This document shows, piece after piece, positions 54,518-64,000 of a stretch of 64,000 nt of DNA. The DNA is from Tubulanus polymorphus. Taxonomy: Eukaryota > Animalia > Nemertea. Every line of letters begins with the position of its first letter. The stretch's first letter is position 1. The position numbers and the translations under genes were made by a program. The notes beneath the pieces were generated by a model, which saw only the letters and a list, made by a program, of their open reading frames with translations, was not told the DNA's origin and did no database searches. The DNA lies in the NCBI RefSeq assembly GCF_964204645.1, contig NC_134028.1:4712001-4776000 (forward strand). The letters are read 5' to 3'.

Positions 54518-57500
54518 TCATCGTTTCCATTCAGAAGTTGAATAAACGGATATGAAACCATCGGTACTACCAGCAGCTAGTTTCACCTATTGATACAAAA
54601 TACATCGATATATTAGAAATTCTTTCATACTCTCAAATGCTCATAATTACTACTGCCAGTCAAAACCTACTCGATATGGATGGAATGCCATGCAGCTGAT
54701 TGGACCAATTCGTTGACCCATAAATCCATCGTGATACTTAATCGTACTCAAAGTATCACCGGATTGGTTAAACACAGTAATCAGTTGATTCAAATATCCA
54801 CTGAAAAATAACAACGATCAACGCACATGAAAATATCAGTCATCATCACATCATCTTTTAGTCATCATCACATCCGAGATGTGTAATCACTTACCAGGAT
54901 AATACATCAGCAAACTGATGAATCTCTAAAGCTGTAAGACCCTGACTAGTAGAAATCGTTTTCACTGATTCAGCAAAACGTGGATCCCAAAATCGAACAT
55001 CACCACCAACACTAAAATATCAAATAACATAAACTACCGTGTAATACTGTATTCCAATTGATTGACACTTCACCTGTCCAGACCTAGTTACCTAAATATA
55101 TCCCTGTCATACCCCAAAACCCAGTTAACCTAGCACTTAAATGTATATCACACCTTTTTATTATCACCAATCATGATTTTGGACATCTATATTATTATCC
55201 CATCTTCCCATTTTTTTTTGTTCCTCTGAAGATGAGGTTTAGAATTAATCTCGAAACTGTTAGAAAATAAACATTTTCTACAGATCTACTGTGGGTTTTT
55301 ATTTGTTTACTAGAATTATATCAGTTCACCACAGTTATTTCCCATATTGGTAAACACAGGAGTATCAAATAAAATGACTACTAACACCGAACTATGTATA
55401 TAACACATGCACACACGTACCTGGCACTAATAATTTTTCCTACGGAGCTCTTTTGTAAATGCACTTTAACGACCCAGCCGCTGTGTTCTCTTAATGTCAT
55501 TACGCGACATTCAGCTGATGAGAGACGTCTATCGTACAATCTGACGGATCCATCTCCGCAGCCAGCAATCATCAGAGACTGACCGAATGAATCACAAGTT
55601 AAACTAGTAACACAACTATCAGCACCGGTAGGAATATCCTAAATATTAGAAACAATTCAATACATTAGTCACCGAATCTACAGTTCATGAACTCGAATCT
55701 GGGTAGGAGGTTCTTCTTTCTGGCTTCTCTGACTTTGAGGGGAGCCTGCTAATAATGCCCAGTGGCGCTCAGTACTCAGTAGGTTGAGGGGAACCTGCTA
55801 AATATGCCCTGAATGGCGCCTAGTGTGTTGAGATCCATATTAATATGAGCATTTATTTCATATAAAGATTCCTCGTTCACTTTGTGAATTCTCACCTGAA
55901 CTTTCAACTCTTTCTGTACGTCCCATACACGTATGTGACGTACGTCGCCGGAAGCGAGCAGAATTCCACTTTGTTGTTCCCAATTCAAAACTAAACCGGA
56001 ACCACGATTTGAAGGTAGCATATCCGACAACGCCTGCCAAGCGGTGACCAGTTTCTGACCCGATCCAAACATTGAACAATAATCTCTCCATATTCTAACA
56101 CTGCCATCATCTGAAATAATACAACTTCAACCGTACCATCTTCCAGATCATTCAACCATGGTTGAATTTTTTTCAGGAACATTTCATTGAAATACAAATG
56201 AAAACGTTCAAATAATATCAGTAATCAATGGTAAGACCGTCAGTAACATCTTTCATATTTCTGTACGCATCATATCAGCATTTGTCTGGATAAAAAGTAA
56301 CAAAATACTGATATTCAGGAAAAGTTGGCAACTCTGTTCAACTGTCACTTATTTCTTTATTTGGATGCAGAGGTTTTGTCATTTTGTTCATTACGAAGGA
56401 ACTCTTAAGACACTTACCAGACCCGACCAGTAGAAGACTCTTATCATGAGCGTTAATGAAGTCCATAGCGGTTATACGACTATTCTTCGGATTATGGTTG
56501 ACTAGATAATCTACTCTGGTTCCTTGTTCCCATTCCCACATACTACAATCAACACACAGTCAATCATTGAAAGTTGATATCAGTGATAAAAGTGGTTTAA
56601 ATATGTCTCAGTGTCCTTACAGATCAGGGAATCCAAAATTCCCTGATATTTTACATCCTCTTTCCCTAATCCTTAACCAAAAATTCTGTGATTAGATTAT
56701 AAAATATCCTCAGCAATAGATCTGTTTCAGATCAAGAGGTTCCTTGATCACCAACAAGTACCACAAGACAACAAAAATACAAATTCCCCGATTCGTAAGG
56801 AACCTGTTGTCTGATGGTATGAAATAAATACCTGACTCCCTCTTTATCAGCGACTGCCATGTACGTCTCATACGGGTGAAATTTAATCACAGTTGGAGTG
56901 AACTGGTTCCGATTAATAAATATCTGATCGTCCAAACGATTAAATCCTGCAGCCATAATTTAAATGCAACAGTTTTATTTTTGATAGTATGCTCTGCTTA
57001 AATTTGTTTCGTTCGTTAAGTATTTTTACGCTGTATATCATCCCTAGTTTGTATCATATCTGATTTCCTAAATCATTTCTTTATTCTGGATTGTATATAG
57101 AGCTCATAATTTTGTCATTAAAAGAGATTTCCTGAAGATGATTATTAGGATAAAGTCGAAACTATGAATAAACTACTAACTGCTCAATTAAACATTTTGG
57201 ACTCTAATTTTCTTGAGGTGTTCTTATATGATTGACGGATTCAAAGTGTCTCATGAGTGGTTAACAGTTTTAAATGATATGAAACTCGGAAGAAGCACTC
57301 ACCTGCTCTACGCTGCTCACTTTTCGCGGCAGAGCGAACCTTCGCGTTGCGTTCGTAACGCCACGATTTATTATGATGCGTTCTTGATTCTGTGTCCTGA
57401 TTATCGGGTAAACGCATCACTGATTCCGAGAAATGTTTACAGCACCACGGGAAGAATTCCGTTGACACAGTTACTTGATGTTTCGTTTGGTTCATGTGTA

Positions 57501-60500
57501 AATCTTCATCTTTTTCATCAATCTGTAAATAACAGCTTTGCATCAATAATTTGTTTAGTTTGTAACTAGTTTTATGCTGTATATCACAGAAGATTGCAGA
57601 AGATTAGATGAAACATAAGTTTTAGCTCAAGGAAACATTTCAAACTCCATTCATTCTCGGTGTGAGATTTTATATCATCTTTTTACAACTCGCATTCGGA
57701 GTGTTTCCTCAATGGTAAGCTGTTACTGATAAATTGAGGAATACTCGCGCTCACCATGCTTGGACCTTTATCGAATATCTTCCTCGATCGTGAGAACTGA
57801 GCTGAGTAAGGTGTATGCGATAGGTTTGCTGCAGCTGCCACCGGTCCTTTCAAACCTTTCCTCACATCTTCCATTCCGACTTGCATCGAGCCTCGTCTCA
57901 TATCCAGATATAACGGCCTCGACAGATCACGTGACCCCCGTCTCTCATAATTGAAATTCAATTTGTTATACGCCCTTTCAGTCTCCAACGGAAAACCATT
58001 TCCTTTCGGTGGTGTATCTCTGAAAATATCAATAAACAAATGTTCGTTCAAGATTTCTATTGGTACCCATTTGTAGTATCAGAAGATTCATGCTTACCCT
58101 ATTTGCATTGTAACTGGTTTATTTGATGGACTAGATGGAGCGGATAATGATGCCATCTCCTGACTCGACTGTAGCTGCATAGCTTTACTAGGTTTTGAAG
58201 TAGTTGCCTGTAGCAGCAAGAAACAGTTTTGAACAATTAAATCAGATGAAACCGAGAGCATTTTCTCAAAAGAGCAAAATCATGATCAGTTACTGCGTTC
58301 TTATGATTTATTACCAGAGCGCAAATATCAAACAGTGAATCAGAAGGATCAGCTATAAGGTAACTCATAGTGGAAATGATAGCAGAACCGGAACTAAGAG
58401 ATATCTTGACTGCAGATGTGATTTAACTGGCTTCTCTAATGACGTTAATAAAAATCATAATTTACCTTTAGTTTTATAGTATTCACCAGTGATTTCGCCA
58501 TTTCATGAACTCTAGGATGAGGGTCGTTAGTTAACTGTAGTAAATGTTTCCACACTGAAGTGTAAATATTACTATAACTCGCTCCTAACATTGAACTGAT
58601 TGATGAGGCAGACGCGACCCGTTTGATCGCGAGAACCGGTAGATTTTCAGCGCTTCCCGACGAACTGTCGAAACTTCCACTTCCGCTGAGGTTCGATAGA
58701 GGATTCATACCAGTACCTTACAGAAAGAGACAGAGATAGATTATGATAGACTATACCAGGAAAGATGGATCGACCAGAAAAGATGGATCGACCAGAAAAG
58801 ATGGATCGACCAGAATAGATGGATCTGTATTTTGTCTTGGAGCTAGTCAAATGTGGTCTGATATCAATATGGGCTGTATATCAGAGGTTGACTGTACAAT
58901 AGTGATATCTTATCAATGGCTGAATGAACTTATAATTAATCTAAGCCATTTTTCTTGATTAATGATTACAATACCAGTAAATCTTTTGCCAAATCATTAA
59001 GAAAGATTTTATCAACTTACTTGGACTCGCAGTCAACATGCCTTTAAGACTGGATCTTGATGAACTCTTTTTTATACCCGGTACATTCAGAGTCGACCCG
59101 ATACCAACTAGGTTTTCTGTAACATGCAGACAAGCGACATGCGGACATATTATTCAATAAGATCAGTAAATGCATTTAGTTTAGTTTTTCATGGTGACTA
59201 AGCAAAGTTTTCTGGAATTTCTATTATTGATGATCGATCTTATCGATGAAACATATTGCAGCAAGCATTTTGAGATTTTTGGAGGTTTGATTTGAAAACT
59301 GATGGCAAAAGCATAAACAAACATGAAGCCAATCACGGAACAAGAGCGAACAAAATAAATCAAGATTGCTTTTACAAACCTGGCGTTTGACTTGGATAAT
59401 TCAGTATACGCATTTCCAATAATTCTAGCAAGCAAATTATCAATAGGTATAGAATATAATAGTATAGAGCAAATAATCATAATCATGTGATCAATCCCCA
59501 AAAACCTATGTAACAAACCAGTAAAAACCACTCACACTAACACCAGCACTGTTTCAATTACCGTTCTATCAGCATATGACTAGAACATTACTGAATTTTA
59601 ACTGGGTTCAAAAAGTCAGATATCAATTTCAAAGAGTGTCTCAGCTGTACGGTATTTGAAGTAGTCTATAATATGTATATCATGTTTGTGTTGTGATGAC
59701 TTTCATGTGAATGTGCAAGGTTACACAGTTAATACCAGAGACAGAGTAAAAGGGTAAATTCAAACATCAAACCAATCAATAAATTAGATTCAAATTCAAT
59801 ATACCGGGTAGAGTATCATATAAAATATCACACTAAGAAATAAAATAGAGTCCGAGATGTTTCTTTGAGCTAGTAGTTTATTCAATGTTTCAACTTTATC
59901 CTAATAGTCATCTTAGTGTGGCATTTTATATCATAGTTACAACATGGACTCAATTCATCAATTGTTAAACTGCCCAGAGAGACTCCCTCTTACTCTACCT
60001 TTTAACCCATCTATTTATGAGAACTCAAATCAAATTCAGATTTCAAATCTCATTCTAGCCCACAGCTGTATTCAAAGTTTGATTGACTGAATATTGTAAT
60101 TTGTAAACAGCGTGGCGGGGAGCTTTTGTATTGAAATTAAAACAGTTAGAATACGGTGTAGACTGCAAACCTGTTGAAGCGTTAGATACGACATTCCACC
60201 CACCGGGGGCTACAGCTGCTACGACCGGGTTATTCTGATTCTGACGTTCCTCTTCGAGCAGTTGATACGCAACGGCGGTGAATGAATTCTCAAACTGCAT
60301 CACGAGTCCAGCCAGTGCAACGACCAATTCCTGAAAATCACAGAAACATTCATAACAAAACCTGACCTGATCTGCTAAGAATTCAATGAATTATCACGGT
60401 CAAATATGTAAGACTTAAACAGACACTGTTGGATTTTTTGCACAATCTGGCCATCTCAGCAAATTTCCCTAACTTTTAGCATTTTCATAAAATTCCCGGA

Positions 60501-63500
60501 CTATTCTCTGACTTCTATAAAGAAAAGAAAATTCCTCGACTTTTCCATGATGATAATCATCGGGAATTTTACCTGACGAACGAACGGACTTCCATCACTG
60601 ACGATGCTTAATAGCGTCATACCAACGCCGTGATCGATAGTATTAGCGTGATCGGTGCGCTCCTGACCGCTGTTATTCACAAAACTACCAAGCGCGTGTA
60701 CTCCTGCAGCTCGCACCTAACGATACAATATATATATATATATACATGTACTTTATTATTCATATGGTCATTCCTAATTATCAACATCAATCATTTTCTA
60801 TCATTGAAACTGTAAGTATCTCTGTTTATTATTATTTAATATTATATATATCATATCATCTTCAACTTTTTCACCATCATCATCAATTTTCAATCTATTC
60901 TATCTTTGGGGACAATGAACCTCCACTCGAGTACAGCCCTGAGGCTTGCCTATTGCCCTTTTTCAGGCCTATATAAACAACTATACATATTTATGTTAAA
61001 CATGTTATACAATTTTGTTAAAAAGGAGATAAAGAAAAATCGTAATACAATATATACAATATTCAGAAACTGATTTGTTGACGGCAAAGTGAGTGTTTAA
61101 ACTGTGAATACCTCGGGTTCTGGATCTTTCAGTAGTTCATAGATTTTCTCTTGAGCGCTATTGCGAACACCGGTCCATCGCGCTGCGTCAAAGTTTGTCC
61201 AGATCTGTAAGATAAACATCAACACATTTACAACTCGTGGAGAAATCAAGGGTTAAGAAAATCAACCCAGGTTATGTTCATACTTTTAGGAAATCTTATT
61301 TCCACAGTCTTTCTAGATATTTAGTTTTACCCTAATAATATTGGAGTCTTTTACCTTAGTATTTTAGGTATCTTATTATGCATAATGTCTTTATTGTGAT
61401 TATTGTAAAGCGCAGCAATCACCATTACTTATTAATTACTATCATCAAAATTGAATCGTACCTTGGCTAAACACAGAGTCAGCCACTGGCGTAGTAGAGC
61501 TTGAGAATCAGAGAAATGTTCTAAACAAATAGCTATCAGACTGCCTTGTAAAGCTGCCTCCTGCCCGGTCGGGTAATCATTAACAATGATTGCGAGTACA
61601 AACGCTGCCATAGTTCTGTGTTCAGACTGAAATTAGATAAATGGTACGATCGTGTAACTTTATGCGATTTGAAGACAAAATCTTGATCTATTTGAACTCT
61701 TCTTACCGGCATATATGGATCTGCTAAAACTTGTAAGAAATATTTGTGTCCGTTGTCTTTGACGAGATCTGCCTGACATGACTACAACGAAATAAAAAGT
61801 TCAGTCAGTTATTCAAATTGTCTCTCAACAAAAATCAGCAAAACTACATTCGAAATGATCAGTGCTAACTTACGGTGTCAACTGCTAATATTTTCGCCCA
61901 TATAAACACGAGTAAAGGTCGTAATTCTCGTGCAGAACTTTGTAACAATTTCAACACATACGGGAAGATACCGACTGACAAAGCCTGGAAAATTGAAAAA
62001 CAGTTACATACATTTGCAATGCCTTATAGCACACAAAATAATATCAGGATTTAGGATAACGGTTCAGCATAAAATTACTGCGAAATGACTTGATCTCATT
62101 AGTACTAACCAGACTGACAGCCCAAGGTCCGAGATCCAGAAAACGACCGAGCAATTCTAACGCGCGTAAACGATGAACCTGACTCAGTAATACCTTTAAC
62201 GAAATAAAATAACTAACTAGACTTAGGAAACCAAAGATCAGGAGCTGAAATACATCCATCATCCAGCAGGCAATATTGCTGTATGAATTTGATTTTTTGC
62301 ACTAATTCTACCTGAAGCACGATAGGTAATTGTTCCGGTGGACTGCGAGCTTCTGAACCGTAAGATAGCCAAACCTGGAAAGCCGTTAATTGTTCAGCGA
62401 AGAACGGACTGTGACGGAACGTAGCGCCTTCATCGAGTATAGCAGGAAGTTGTGACAAACACAGATCTAATGTTAAATCCCATGCTTGCCTAGAAAGAGA
62501 AAATTAGAAATGAAAATATTCTCATCCGTATCATTGAAAAGCACAGGGTTCTTACAGATCAGGGAATCCAAAATTCAGTAATATTTTCCTGACCCTTGAC
62601 CAAAATTACTTTGATTAAATCATAAAATATCCTCGATGGGACTGTTTCTTCTAAACGCTTCAATTTGCCACTCATCACCAGCAAAATTCCTTGATTTTAA
62701 AGAAAGGTCAGAAGTCCCTGATTTTTCCTGATCTGTAAGGACCCTGAAAGCGTCTTATTGGCGTCACTTACCAAATAGAATGCTGATAAGTCGGTGGTAA
62801 TTTCGGATTTGAAACCGGCGTACAGTTATATGAACGCATGATCCGTTCAGCAAGAAGGAAATTACGAAATAAACTCGCGACGAGTAAATCCTGACGGAAC
62901 AATTTTTGAAACAAGTCTGAAATGATGAATGAAATGAATATCAATCGATAATAATCACAGATCTATCACACCCTGGACTGGGTGTGAAACGAACAGATCA
63001 TTTGACATTTCACCTCAATTCAGGTGAAAGTTAATATCATTCTGTTTTCATTTTCAGAACTCATAGAATAGAATTGATTCAAAATGTTACTTCTCTCTAA
63101 TTGTGAGTCTTTTCTTTCAAATGAATCAAAGATAGTCAATTATCAATTGAAACCAATATATTCAGTTATTTACCTCGAGGTAGAGTATTCCATGCTATCG
63201 TATCAGTGATAGCTGTAAATATCCAATTCAATTCTCCTAACATAGTACGTCTATCATTCAACTGTCCAGGTATCCTTCAAATACAACATATTTTTCATTT
63301 TTACCGACTAAGATCATCACATTATAGCAATTTCAGAGACTGCGATTATGGAGAAATTCACTTACTTTTCTATCAGCTCTAACGAGATTCCGGGAACCAA
63401 TTTCTTAGTGTTTTGTAAAACATACCTAGATTATAATGAGAAATCCAGGTAAAACTTCAATTTTGACAAAATTTAAAATAATTAGTTTTTAATTGTTTCT

Positions 63501-63896
63501 ATGCTGTATATTATCACTTATTCTGAATTAATCTCTTTGTTCTGTATTGTGTATATGTATCGCATAATTCTGTCATAACATCAATATTCCTGATAATGAC
63601 TATTAAGACAAGTTGAAACATTAAATCATTAACTTGAACTCATAGAAGCAAATCTGCCTCTCAGCGTGAGATTTTACTTTTCCCTAAGATTATTTCGACA
63701 AATTTTTCTGACCAAAGACTCACCAACGAAGAGCTATTTTAATCGGTGTAGTCAAACATGAAGTGAATAAATCTGCCGGTAATTCAGGATTCATCGGTAA
63801 TAATTCATTAGGACTACACGCTGCTAGCTGTATACAGTTCTTCACCGATACTGGTTGCGTTGTTTGACCATTTGTTCGATTGTTCATCATAGCCAA
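54518..63896 (-). CDS. RPTOR: Regulatory-associated protein of mTOR (Raptor); 5' exons beyond the window
   Basis: About 24 exons with Raptor motifs: [101 protein letters not shown] repeats and C-terminal WD40 ([30 protein letters not shown]). Stop TGA at 54518. Confidence 0.98.
58755..58826. repeat. 18-bp tandem repeat x4 (accagaaaagatggatcg) in a RPTOR intron
   Basis: Direct reading. Confidence 0.9.
62544..62746. mobile_element. hAT-like MITE; truncated sibling at about 56613-56750
   Basis: TIR CAGGGTTCTTACAGATCAGGGAA / TTCCTGATCTGTAAGGACCCTG; the same 5' half recurs at 56613. Confidence 0.75.
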
Positions 63897-64000
63897 CTAC
63901 AAAATATAATACTGGCATATTCTTACACAAATTCATTCATTTCAATTACAGTACAGGGTGTCGCCCTTTTCTTCACAAAATTTTCATTGATTAACAAATG

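Noticed and set aside
59181-59547. Hydrophobic 116-aa ORF and a candidate 13-nt microexon in a RPTOR intron
   Set aside because: The ORF has a non-ATG start and AT-biased composition; the microexon would shift the frame while the flanking exons already join in frame.

Overview
AT-rich, intron-containing animal genomic DNA from an invertebrate (probably a spiralian; this is inference). Seven conserved genes are readable by hand-splicing. On + are the 3' part of a TET methylcytosine dioxygenase (442-8012, with a 5.2-kb repeat-rich terminal exon), a TEX14-like ankyrin pseudokinase (13238-23791), G3BP (32674-37524) and TMEM130-like (50385-53100). On - are a SPARC-like gene with a dead second EF-hand (42896-45342), RPL18 (47632-50062) and most of RPTOR (54518-63896, continuing beyond the window). 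The window also holds one intronless tRNA-Arg(TCT), many MITEs (hAT, PIF/Harbinger and Tc1/mariner types), minisatellites and a large (TA)n/palindrome block. The least explained region is 25.6-31.4 kb. Five small orphan ORFs lie there head-to-tail on the minus strand, two share a conserved motif, and GT-AG junctions could chain all five into one polycistronic spliced transcript. Exon boundaries are manual predictions; no database searches were run.
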